A stretch of 64,000 nucleotides of DNA from Emticicia sp. Lineage in GTDB: Bacteria; Bacteroidota; Bacteroidia; Cytophagales; Spirosomataceae. Numbering within the stretch: position 1 is the stretch's first letter; every line of letters begins with the position of its first letter. The DNA lies in NCBI RefSeq assembly GCF_043780375.1, contig NZ_JAYWCU010000173.1:548-64547 (forward strand). The letters are read 5' to 3'. Below the pieces are notes generated by a model that searched no databases, had not been told where the DNA came from, and saw only the letters and a program-made list of their open reading frames with translations. The position numbers were made by a program, and so were the translations under genes. Positions 50,001 to 58,900 of the stretch are shown in pieces.

Positions 50001-51774
50001 TGCTATTTCCGTAAATAGATGGAATCAAGAAGTCGTCAAAATCTGTTTTTCCTGCAAAAGCCGAAAGGTAATGTTTGCCCTTACTTGTTATTTTAAAAAT
50101 ATCGGCAGAAGGGTCATAATCTACAAAACCCTGCTGCACGGCCACCATCAAACCTCCACGAATATTCTGAGCAGGAACTTTATTGTAAGAAGCAATTTCG
50201 TTGAGTGTAAAACTCAATTTATTATTTTTTTGAGTAAAATTTCCGACCATCAATAAAGGATTAAATCCTGCACTGCTATTAAGTCCTGTGAGCCGCTGAG
50301 CATCATAAAAATCGAAAGACTCGAAAACAGCAGGCACTTGAGTTTTAGCAGAAACGATATAAAAATCCATTTTCCCATCATTCAAGTTCCATCGCATAGC
50401 ATCGCATTTGATATTCATTTGGTGATAAGTATCCGAAAAAGTTGTTTCCTTAAACCCTCCAGCATCTATCTTATTGAGACGGAGTACATAGTTTTTTTGG
50501 TTATAATTGAATTTTACGGCAGGATGATAAATTGAGTCTTTGTCTATAAAAGTAACAAAGTTTGCCAGTTGAGAAGTAATGAGTGAATCACTCAACTCAA
50601 AGCGAGTGCTACTGGCTTTGAAGGCGACCTTTCCATCTTTTTTAACCGAAATATTTGAATAACGATTTTGAACTGAGGAAGAAAATATTCGACTTCCCGA
50701 CATCGAAAATCCCCCTCGATACTCAACACTTCGGTCAATGTTTTTTATAAAAGCATCGCTTTGATAAGACATAAAACGTGGATAAGTAGGTGGTACACCC
50801 TTATTACGTTTTTCACTTTTATACTCAAAAACACCTTTGATTGGAGCTGTTAGTCGATCGGTATAAGTAAGAGTAACATCTTCGGCAAGAAATTTCGGGT
50901 TTCGGATTTCAAAAGCAAAATCTGTCAAAACAACCGAAATTTGGGGTAGTTTTGCACTTTCAAAGGTAAAAACGCCTCCTTTGCCTACATAAATTCCATC
51001 TTTTAGTGAAACCGTTCCTGTTGTTTTTTTAATCCAAACCGAGTCACTCGATGTTGCCATTATTAAATCAACATTGTCTAACTGAACCGAAAGTCCACCA
51101 ATGATTGGCATTACTTTTTTGTCTGGTTCAAAAAGAGATTGAGCCGAGGTGATGACTGCCTCAGCAGTTGTAGGAGTATCCCAATCATCAAAATATTTTT
51201 TTTCTTCAAGTCCAACGGGTGCTTGGATCGTAGTAGCTGGCTGAGTCGTTGTTGGAGCGTTGCTATCAGATTTTTTATCTAAAAACTTTAATTCATAACT
51301 TCCGCCAAAAGCGTACAAACGGTTAAAATTAGACGCATAGAGGCGGCGTTTTTCTATAAAATCCTTCAAAACCTCTAACATTTTGGTCGAAGTTTTTAAA
51401 TCAGAACCGTCAACAAATTTATTTGTAATATCTATAAGGTTGCTTATTTGTATGTCCGAAAACTTCTCTTGCTCAATGGCTTTGTCTAAAATCGTGAAAA
51501 AATAGTAAAACTGAGCCATTTTATGCCCACGAGTTCCCATTTTTCGGCTGGTAGCAATCAGAGCTGCTTTTTGTTCGCTACTAAAACGACTTGTCCAATA
51601 CGTCTCAAACTTCTTTCCTGTTGCAATCGCAACAGCATTATTGTCGGCTGCCATTACAGTCTGTATGTCTGTAATAAATGTCTCTGGCTTTTCAGAAAGT
51701 CGTATCAGCTGTGCTTTTGATGGAAAAGACAGCAGAATAATTGACAGAACAAATATAATTTTTAACTCCCGCAT
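47011..51774 (-). CDS. Giant secreted beta-rich protein of unknown function (1587 aa)
   Basis: Uninterrupted ORF, Sec signal ending SKA|Q, P/T linker, beta-strand-rich body, K/E-rich tail; no T9SS CTD or lipobox. Confidence 0.9.
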   Translation of the reverse strand: MRELKIIFVLSIILLSFPSKAQLIRLSEKPETFITDIQTVMAADNNAVAIATGKKFETYWTSRFSSEQKAALIATSRKMGTRGHKMAQFYYFFTILDKAIEQEKFSDIQISNLIDITNKFVDGSDLKTSTKMLEVLKDFIEKRRLYASNFNRLYAFGGSYELKFLDKKSDSNAPTTTQPATTIQAPVGLEEKKYFDDWDTPTTAEAVITSAQSLFEPDKKVMPIIGGLSVQLDNVDLIMATSSDSVWIKKTTGTVSLKDGIYVGKGGVFTFESAKLPQISVVLTDFAFEIRNPKFLAEDVTLTYTDRLTAPIKGVFEYKSEKRNKGVPPTYPRFMSYQSDAFIKNIDRSVEYRGGFSMSGSRIFSSSVQNRYSNISVKKDGKVAFKASSTRFELSDSLITSQLANFVTFIDKDSIYHPAVKFNYNQKNYVLRLNKIDAGGFKETTFSDTYHQMNIKCDAMRWNLNDGKMDFYIVSAKTQVPAVFESFDFYDAQRLTGLNSSAGFNPLLMVGNFTQKNNKLSFTLNEIASYNKVPAQNIRGGLMVAVQQGFVDYDPSADIFKITSKGKHYLSAFAGKTDFDDFLIPSIYGNSKDSTSNATLNLNDKVLTIRGIRRFNVSDSLRIYVLPYDRTIKVIKNRTFSFSGQFKARNYRFSGKDLVFDYEKFSLSLNKIDSVTFTPQTVYAKGGRQEIGGHIKFLKSGTLFLNRADNKSGKTYLPQYPRLKIDEGVIVYFDEPARGLRKYSRDVRFDVPKIDFDSLAVKDIEFDGTFYSGNIFKPFKEVLRIMPDTTLGFLHKVPNGKYNVFGNETSVTFSSELAMDGNGLHSEGNINHLAANMTAKEILFMADSLTASGQLGKINESVLKGSYFPQVAINDYTLKWMPKADSMIVSSKAGFNFYTGTSSLKGKLVVRTGGLFGIGKLIRTDSETASEQFKFNKEGFIADRSQFNIKSTQTTAKSVLLGKNVNVNFNVNNSIVNIATNQGNFNDSTGSTLEFPYAAYKTNIDRAEWNIKNKKISMKGDVETSVFTSTNVSQEGLAFNGNSAIYDIEQMTFNIGGVPFIKSADAKILPDKGLVSIRRDADMLPFKNARLTIDTLNGYHNLINGNIQIVSKNKFTGDATYQFVNVKKDTFNIKMGNFELRDIADVEAKRSKNKNLSTVARATVIERDSMFLSPKMLYKGEITMLAPIKNLSLDGFIIPELKKYPKLGGYWITYKGNKSEEIRIAVDKNLKSGNSPIFAGLHFRTTTSSNGLYPTFLSAKETPEDQNVFLASGICRRDEPNKLFSIIPEEGLTLASNKYEILDEKGIINLEGRFDLLNEKLTQYVQTSGFAKIRLDTAYHEFNTMMLMNFPMAQPLLTNMAEKIVKTNLDLGVNEAAIELNSPELVSKIAHFVGDKDIEEYKGKSAREYVPLFKFSPKFVNTIVFSDLKLLWSPKYNSYRSVGKLGISNIGATDINAKVNGYVEIRKNPITGDEMYVFLELSGENWYYMGYKEGQMGLISSDDNFNALITAKADKKKVKDYQVIPVDFAEALVYRKNFLEVYRGIKEKPKAPGQKPADAKKLAEVPKDATQKKDEKKKKAEDEKDGF

Positions 51775-51781
51775 AATAGTT

Positions 51782-52621
51782 TCATGACTTTACATAACTT
51801 TTAAAAACGACCGAAGCCCACTGATTCTTGCTTAGTTGAGCAACTTTTTTTAGTCCGACAGATTCAGCAACCTCTTGAATATCAGCAATATCTGCTTCAT
51901 AAAATCCACTTATGACTAATGATGCACCTTCGGTCATAAAAGTTGCATACTCAGGAATTTGCTGCAATAAAATATTTCGATTGATATTTGCCAAAATAAT
52001 CTCGTACTTTTCCTTTGGTTCATCTTCGATTGTACCTAATCTAACCGAAATATTTTTGGCATTATTTAGAGCTACATTTTCTATTGTATTTTCAACCGAC
52101 CATTCGTCAATATCAAATGCACTAATATGCGTTGCACCAAGTTTTGAAGCTAAAACCGCCAAAATGCCTGTTCCAGTGCCTACATCTAGCACTTTTTTGC
52201 CTTGATGAGGAATAGTTAATTGATGCTCCATCACCATCGAAGTAGTTTCATGATGCCCTGTGCCGAACGACATTTTTGGTGTAATGATGATTTCGTAAAG
52301 ATAATCAGGCTGGGTTTCGTGGAAATCAGCACGAACATAAATATCATTTCCTATCGAAATCGGTTGGAAGTTTTTTTCCCATTCTTCGTTCCAGTTTTGT
52401 TTTGCAATCTGCTTGAACGAATATGAAATAGCTGTTCGCTCGGCATAGCCTTCTAGCATTCTTTTAATGTCTAAATCATTAAAAATATTTTCTTGAATAT
52501 AAGCCTCTAAGCCTTCATCGGTTTCGACAAAAGATTCAAAGCCAAGTTCTGCCAATTCTGCCATCATGATTTCGGCAAAATCTGGGTCAATTTGTAAGGA
52601 AAGTTCGATATAAGTATCCAC
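51782..52621 (-). CDS. prmA: Ribosomal protein L11 methyltransferase
   Basis: QNWNEEWE, PKMSFGTGHHETT, VLDVGTGTGIL, LANINRN, ISGF; GTG start. Confidence 0.96.
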   Translation of the reverse strand: MDTYIELSLQIDPDFAEIMMAELAELGFESFVETDEGLEAYIQENIFNDLDIKRMLEGYAERTAISYSFKQIAKQNWNEEWEKNFQPISIGNDIYVRADFHETQPDYLYEIIITPKMSFGTGHHETTSMVMEHQLTIPHQGKKVLDVGTGTGILAVLASKLGATHISAFDIDEWSVENTIENVALNNAKNISVRLGTIEDEPKEKYEIILANINRNILLQQIPEYATFMTEGASLVISGFYEADIADIQEVAESVGLKKVAQLSKNQWASVVFKSYVKS

Positions 52622-52825
52622 TGAAAATTAGTTTTGGTCAATTTGGAAAATTGCTATACAAGATAAATCGTAAAGTTCGGAATTTCTTGGCTATGAACAA
52701 GTGAATTGTTGAAAACCCAATTTTATTCAACCATTCCACTCCAAAATCATTCAAGTTTATTCCTCAAAATTTAAGAAAACATTTCTTTTTCTTGTATCTC
52801 AAATCTCCGCATCCCGTATCTATTT

Positions 52826-53521
52826 TTAGCAATTTTTGCTATTCACATCACAAACCTCACCAACTGCATCGGTAGGTTGCATTTCTTGAGCTACTTTTTC
52901 TAAAGTTTCTAAAAATACACTCGTAGGTTGAGCTCCGCTGATACCATATTTATTGTTCAAGATAAAAAATGGCACGCCAGTCACGCCCAAACCTTGGAAA
53001 TGTTTTATTTCTTGAGTGACCTGATAAGTAATTTCTTCATTTGATAAAACGCTTTCGGTCTTCTCACGATTCCAGCCAAAGTCTATCATAAAAGTTATTA
53101 ATTGCTCTTTTTCAGAAAAGTCAATTCCATCGGTAAAATAGCCTTTAAATAATTTTTCTTCTAAGGCTATTTGCGTACCGTCTTCACGGGCAATGTGTAG
53201 TAACTTATGCAACGGAATCGTATTAACTGCTTTTGGCATTTTATCAAAATTGAAGTCAATACCAACCTTCTCTCCTACCCCAATTACTCTTTCAAAAATC
53301 TGCTCAATTTGGTCAATGCTACCAAATTTATTGGTAAAGTATTCATCACGAGAAATGCCTTCAACAGGAATCGTTGGGTCAAGTTGGAAAGGATGCCAAG
53401 TAATCTCAACAGGCTGACTATCAAAGGCTTCAAGTGCTTTTTCTAAATGTTTTTTTCCAATATAGCACCACGGACAAGCTACATCTGATACTATATCTAT
53501 TTGCAAAGGTTTGTTGTTCAT
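52826..53521 (-). CDS. FrnE-like DsbA family oxidoreductase
   Basis: IVSDVACPWCYIGK, PFQLDP, GVTGVPFF, ISGAQP. Confidence 0.92.
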   Translation of the reverse strand: MNNKPLQIDIVSDVACPWCYIGKKHLEKALEAFDSQPVEITWHPFQLDPTIPVEGISRDEYFTNKFGSIDQIEQIFERVIGVGEKVGIDFNFDKMPKAVNTIPLHKLLHIAREDGTQIALEEKLFKGYFTDGIDFSEKEQLITFMIDFGWNREKTESVLSNEEITYQVTQEIKHFQGLGVTGVPFFILNNKYGISGAQPTSVFLETLEKVAQEMQPTDAVGEVCDVNSKNC

Positions 53522-53588
53522 CTATATAATTGTTTTAACAACTAAACCTTTGAATTTATAATTTGGTTCAAAAAATATGGGCACAAAA

Positions 53589-53616
53589 ATAGGGATTCAA
53601 CATTTTGAACCCCTAT
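53589..53616. terminator. Terminator after manC
   Basis: atagggattcaa / ttgaacccctat stem with flanking A/T runs. Confidence 0.7.
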
Positions 53617-53642
53617 AAAATTATTATTTTCTATCGAAAAAT

Positions 53643-54716
53643 CTATACAAATTCCTTACCTTTTGTAGTTGCCGTTGCCACAAATTCTTTAACTTTTTGC
53701 TCGTCTTCTTTCTTACAAATCATCAAAACATTATCAAACTCGGCAACGATATAGCCATCTAAACCTTTTACAACCACCAATCTATCTTTTGGGGTCTTGA
53801 TGATACAATTTTTAGTGTCATAAATCATCATATTGCCATCAAGAACATTTTGATTTTCGTCTTTTTCTGAAACTTCATACAATGATTTCCATGTACCTAA
53901 ATCTGACCATCCAATTTCAGAAAGCACCACATACACATTTTCGGCTCTTTCCATTACACCATTATCAATCGAAATGTTTTTGCATTGCGGATAGGCTCTA
54001 TTCAAAGCATCGGCTTCTCTGTCAGTATAAAAATCGCCCTTAATCTCTTCAAAAGCCTCGGCCATTTCGGGCAAAAATGCTTCAAAACATTTCTTTATAG
54101 TATTTATATTCCAAATAAAAATGCCTGCATTCCACACAAATTCACCACTTTCAACAAACTTTACAGCCCAATCGGCAGTTGGTTTTTCGGTAAAAGTTTG
54201 AACTCGTTTAATATCACCTTCCGATTCTGTAAACTGAATATAGCCATAACCAGTATCAGGGCGTGTTGGCTTAATACCAAGTGTAACGAGTACATCATTT
54301 TTTGCTGAAAAATGCAACGCTGTATTGATTCTTGCACGAAACTCTTCTTCTTTCAAAATAATATGGTCAGCAGGAGCAACCACAATATTGGCATTGGGGT
54401 TTTGAGCTGCAATTTTATAGCAAGCATAACCAATACACGGTGCTGTATTTCGACGGTTAGGTTCAAGCAAAATTTGGTCATCGCTGAGATATGGCAATTG
54501 TTGTTTCGTTATCTCATAATATTCCTTACTTGTAACAATATAAATATTTTCTTTGGGGCAAACACCTTCAAAACGCTCAACAGTCTGTTGAATCATTGTT
54601 TTCCCGATACCCAAAACATCATGAAATTGCTTAGGATTTGTACTACGACTAAAGGGCCAAAACCTTGTTCCGACTCCCCCTGCCATTATTATTACGTAAT
54701 TGTTATTTATCATCAC
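53643..54716 (-). CDS. manC: Mannose-1-phosphate guanylyltransferase
   Basis: IMAGGVGTRFWP.SR, EP.RRNTAP, PADH, TGYGYI, FTEKP, WNAGIF, SIDNGVME, WSDLG. Confidence 0.95.
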   Translation of the reverse strand: MMINNNYVIIMAGGVGTRFWPFSRSTNPKQFHDVLGIGKTMIQQTVERFEGVCPKENIYIVTSKEYYEITKQQLPYLSDDQILLEPNRRNTAPCIGYACYKIAAQNPNANIVVAPADHIILKEEEFRARINTALHFSAKNDVLVTLGIKPTRPDTGYGYIQFTESEGDIKRVQTFTEKPTADWAVKFVESGEFVWNAGIFIWNINTIKKCFEAFLPEMAEAFEEIKGDFYTDREADALNRAYPQCKNISIDNGVMERAENVYVVLSEIGWSDLGTWKSLYEVSEKDENQNVLDGNMMIYDTKNCIIKTPKDRLVVVKGLDGYIVAEFDNVLMICKKEDEQKVKEFVATATTKGKEFV

Positions 54717-54738
54717 TACAAGGTATGTTGTTTATTAC

Positions 54739-55779
54739 TCACTGTTTCAAATAGTTTTCTAAACGTAAAGCTACGTTTTCTCTAATATTCATCCAAAAAA
54801 GATTTATATCAGCAACATGCCAAACTTTTGTCTTCAAAAAAGCCCTGCCTCGTACATAAGGTTTATTAATCCACAACATTCCTTGATGGCTTTGTGCATC
54901 GGCAGCTTGTTTCACAAAAGTATATTTAAGTCCAACCCCGCCTTTGTTTAGTTCTTTCGATGCAAAATCTTCATTGCATTTCCATGTGAGTGGATTAGTG
55001 CAAACGGCTGTACTTAGTCCATTTTTATAATATTCTGGCGTAAAATTTCGGGCAAATGTATTCCAAGAAACAAAACCACCTATCTCCTCCGCCGATTGAC
55101 TTGGTTTTATATTCTCGAAAGTATCAGGTTGAGTAGCAATTCCAATTAAATAGGCTTCTACCAATTGCTTTTGTAGTGGTTTTCCATCAAAATATTCTTT
55201 TAACAGACGTTTGGCATGCACTGTTCCCTGACTATGCGAAGCAATTATAATAGGACGACCTTGGTTCCAATTTTTCAAATAATATTCAAATGCTGCTTTG
55301 ATATCAGAATACGCCAAATCTAATGCCTGTTTTTTATCCTCAGCATTGGGTGTAAGAAAACTATAATAATGTGCTTGTCGGTAGCGAGGAGCATAAATTT
55401 TGCACGAACCATTAAACGCTGATGCCTGATTCAAAATCGTTGAGTTATCGGTTTTTTCATTCAATTCTGCATCTTCTACATTTGCATTCCATAAGTATTG
55501 ATTTTTAGGTTCATAAGTAAATGTTGTTGGATGTAGAAAAAAAACATCTGCTTTTGCATCGCTTTGTTTTTCTATGATATTCGATTTCAAAGGAGTTTTA
55601 TCTGCCCTATCTTCTTTGGTTGGCAATGCTGCCCAAGCTTCACTCTGCGTATAATCAGGTACTTTTGGAACGTTGGATTGGTCAAAATGAGTTTTAAGAA
55701 TAACCGAATTTTGAGCATTCCCATTTAACGAAAAAAATGCTACTAAAGAAAAAATTGATAGAAAAATCGTCTTTCGCAT
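54739..55779 (-). CDS. DUF3089-like alpha/beta hydrolase, secreted
   Basis: PDY...WAALP, DVFFLHPTT, IYAPRYRQA, GRPIIIASHSQG nucleophile elbow, CTNPLTW, WHVAD. Confidence 0.85.
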   Translation of the reverse strand: MRKTIFLSIFSLVAFFSLNGNAQNSVILKTHFDQSNVPKVPDYTQSEAWAALPTKEDRADKTPLKSNIIEKQSDAKADVFFLHPTTFTYEPKNQYLWNANVEDAELNEKTDNSTILNQASAFNGSCKIYAPRYRQAHYYSFLTPNAEDKKQALDLAYSDIKAAFEYYLKNWNQGRPIIIASHSQGTVHAKRLLKEYFDGKPLQKQLVEAYLIGIATQPDTFENIKPSQSAEEIGGFVSWNTFARNFTPEYYKNGLSTAVCTNPLTWKCNEDFASKELNKGGVGLKYTFVKQAADAQSHQGMLWINKPYVRGRAFLKTKVWHVADINLFWMNIRENVALRLENYLKQ

Positions 55780-55826
55780 TGTATATGATTATTTTTTGGT
55801 AAAATTGTAACATTTTGATACAAACT

Positions 55827-55854
55827 AATAATAGTATGCTTGCATATTATTATT
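55827..55854. promoter_or_regulatory. Palindromic operator candidate in the divergent hydrolase/TBDR promoter region
   Basis: aataatagtatgc-tt-gcatattattatt, 12 of 13 positions complementary. Confidence 0.5.
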
Positions 55855-55862
55855 TTCTTTTC

Positions 55863-55870
55863 TAAGTTTG
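55863..55870 (+). promoter_or_regulatory. -7 promoter element of the TBDR gene
   Basis: TAAGTTTG, 41 nt before the ATG at 55912. Confidence 0.6.
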
Positions 55871-55911
55871 ACACAAAATTACGTTTTGTTAACCCACTAA
55901 CCAATATTCTT

Positions 55912-58900
55912 ATGTACAAACTTTCCGTAAAAAAATGTTTGCTTGGAATTTGCTGCTTACTTATTACTCAGCTTTCCTTTGCTCAAACAAAAGTGTCTGG
56001 AACGATTACTGACGCATCAACTAAAGAGCCACTAATCGGTGTTAGTGTTCAAGTAAAAGGCAAGGTCGTAGGAACTATCACCAACACTAAGGGTGAGTTT
56101 TCATTTAGTGTATCATCGGCACCGCCATTCACACTTATAATATCTTCTGTAGGATACGAAAGTCAAGAAATGGTAGTTTCTGGAAATAACGCCTCTATCA
56201 ATATTTCGTTGAAAGAACAAGCAGTTTTAGGACAAGAAGTAGTTGTTTCTGCCTCAAGGGTTGAAGAATCTGTCTTGAAATCGCCTGCGGCAATTGAGAA
56301 AATGGACATTCGTACTATTCGTGAAACGGCTTCTCCATCGTTTTATGATGCTCTTGCCAACATGAAAGGCATCGACATGACTACTCAAGGTTTATTATTC
56401 AAATCAATCAATATGCGTGGATTTGGTTCTACTGGTAATCCTCGTACAGTTCAGATGATTGATGGAATGGATAACCAAGCTCCTGGTCTAAATTTTCCAG
56501 TTGATAATATCGTTGGTATGCCTGAATTAGACGTTGAGAGTGTGGAGGTTTTGCCAGGAGCAGCATCTGCTCTTTATGGACCAAATGCCATCAATGGCTT
56601 GATTTTGATGAATAGCAAAAGCCCATTCTTGTATCAAGGTTTGAGTGCAACGTTGAAAACTGGCGTAATGAGTGCCAGCAACAGAACCGAGCCTACAACG
56701 CCAATGGCAGATTTCTCGATGCGTTATGCAAAAGCATCTAAGAACAATAAATTTGCTTTCAAAATAAACTTGGCTTACATCACAGCTAAAGATTGGCAAG
56801 CGACTGACTACTCAAATCTGAATTTGGGTGGCATACAAAATGGTACAAGAGGTGCAGGTGTAAAAAACGATTATGACGGAATGAACGTTTATGGCGATGA
56901 AGTTCAAGCCAATATGACTACCGTTGCAAATGGACTAATTGCCGCTAAACTTTTACCGTCAGCAGCATTGGGATTGATTCCAAGTGCCAATGTTAGTAGA
57001 ACGGGCTTCTTAGAAAAAGACATGGTTGATTATAATACCAAGAGTTTTAAGACTAATTTGGCTGCCCATTATCGTATAAATGATAAAGTAGAATTAGTAG
57101 GACAACTTAATTATGGATATGGAACAACTGTTTATACAGGAACAGGTCGATATTCGTTAAGAAACTTTAACTTGACACAAGCTAAAGTAGAATTGAGAGG
57201 CGATAACTTTACTTTAAGAGCATATACAACACAAGAAAGGTCGGGACAATCATACACTGCTGGTTTAGCTGCCGTAGCAATGTTGAACAGTATAAAGCCT
57301 CATGCTAATTGGTTTGGCGAATATGTAGGAGCATTTGCAGCAGCACGAGGTGCAGGACAAGCAGAAGACGCAGCCCACTTGACAGCAAGAGGCGTGGCAG
57401 ACAAAGGAATGCCGACACCAGGAACTTCAGAATATACTACGCTATTAAACAAATTTCGTGATGCAGCCATTGTAGATGGTGGCGGTGGTTTCTTGGATAA
57501 AACAAATATGTATCATGCAGAAGGTGTCTATAATTTCAAGAATCAAATCAAATTTATTGATTTATTGGGTGGAGCAAACGTGCGTCAATATCAATTAGCA
57601 TCTAACGGAACGTTATTTGCCGATAAAAAAGAAGGTCGTACAGGCAATATTCCGATTAATGAATACGGTGCGTTTTTGCAAGCTGCCAAAAGTTTGTTTA
57701 GCGACCACTTGAAATTATCTGCTTCGATTCGTTATGATAAAAGCCAAAATTTTGAAGGATTTTTCACACCACGTTTTTCAGCAGTAGCAACATTCGGACA
57801 ACAAAACTTCCGTGTTTCATATCAAACAGGTTATCGTATTCCAACGACTCAAAACCAATACATTGATTTGAAAACTCCTGCAGGAACTCTGATTGGTGGA
57901 CAACCCGAATTCGATGCTAGATATAATTTAGCAAGTGGTATCTCTTTAGCAACATTAACTGATTTTTCAAAAAATCCAACAAAATATATCACTGCAGATG
58001 TAATAGCCAAAGCACAAGCTTATGCAACGGCAGCCGTAACAGCACAAGCAACTCCCGCAATTACGGCTGGTGTAACTGCTGCAATTACTCAACAAGTAAC
58101 AGCAGGGGTAACTGCTGCAATTACTCAACAAGTAACAGCAGGGGTAACTGCCGCAATTACTCAACAAGTAACAGCAGGGGTAACGTCAGTAATCACACAA
58201 CAAGTAACAGCAGGGGTAACAGCTCAAGTAAATGCAGCAGTTGCAGCAGGACAGATTGCAGCAGCAGCAGCAGCAGCAGCTATTCAAGCAGGTGTTGCAA
58301 GTACTTTACCAGCGGCATTAGCAACCAATTTAGCCCCAGGTGTTGCAGGTGCTCTACCAGCGGCATTAGCAACCAACTTAGCCCCCGGTGTTGCAGCAAC
58401 TTTGCCAGGTGCTCTTGCAGCAAATTTTCAACCCGCATTTAATGCAGAGTTAGCAAAAGCACTTGCTGCCAACGTTCCAGCAGTTACGGCACAAGTAGCT
58501 CCTGCCTATGGGTTAGCAGCATTGCCTAAATATAAGGCTACAGCATTAGTACCAGAAAAAATAGAATCGTATGAAATTGGTTATAAAGGCCTAATTGCCA
58601 AAAAACTATTTGTTGATTCATATTTCTATACAAGTAAATATACCAACTTTATTGGTGGAACCTCTATTATTGTTCCAATAGCTGCCGCAGGCCCAGGCTT
58701 ACCTATCGAATCTGGTGCTGGTGGTGCTTCAACTCGTTTGGGTTATTCTCGCCCATCAAACACAAAAGAAAAAATCACAGCTAATGGCTTTGCCATTAGT
58801 GCTAATTATTCATTGTCAAAAGGATTTAATGTGGGTGTGAATTTTGCACAAAATAATCTTAAAGGTTTTACAGCAAGTCCAGAGCAGCAATTTGCAGGTT

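Noticed and set aside
54312-54785. 157-aa plus-strand ORF, and the many 60-140-aa ORFs antisense to or out of frame with real genes (e.g. 5534-5926, 11606-11971, 31717-32124, 61970-62392)
   Set aside because: They are shadows of well-supported CDSs with no recognisable motifs
58081-58224. 36-bp repeats as a CRISPR array
   Set aside because: The units are directly adjacent with no spacers, in frame within a CDS, and no cas genes are present
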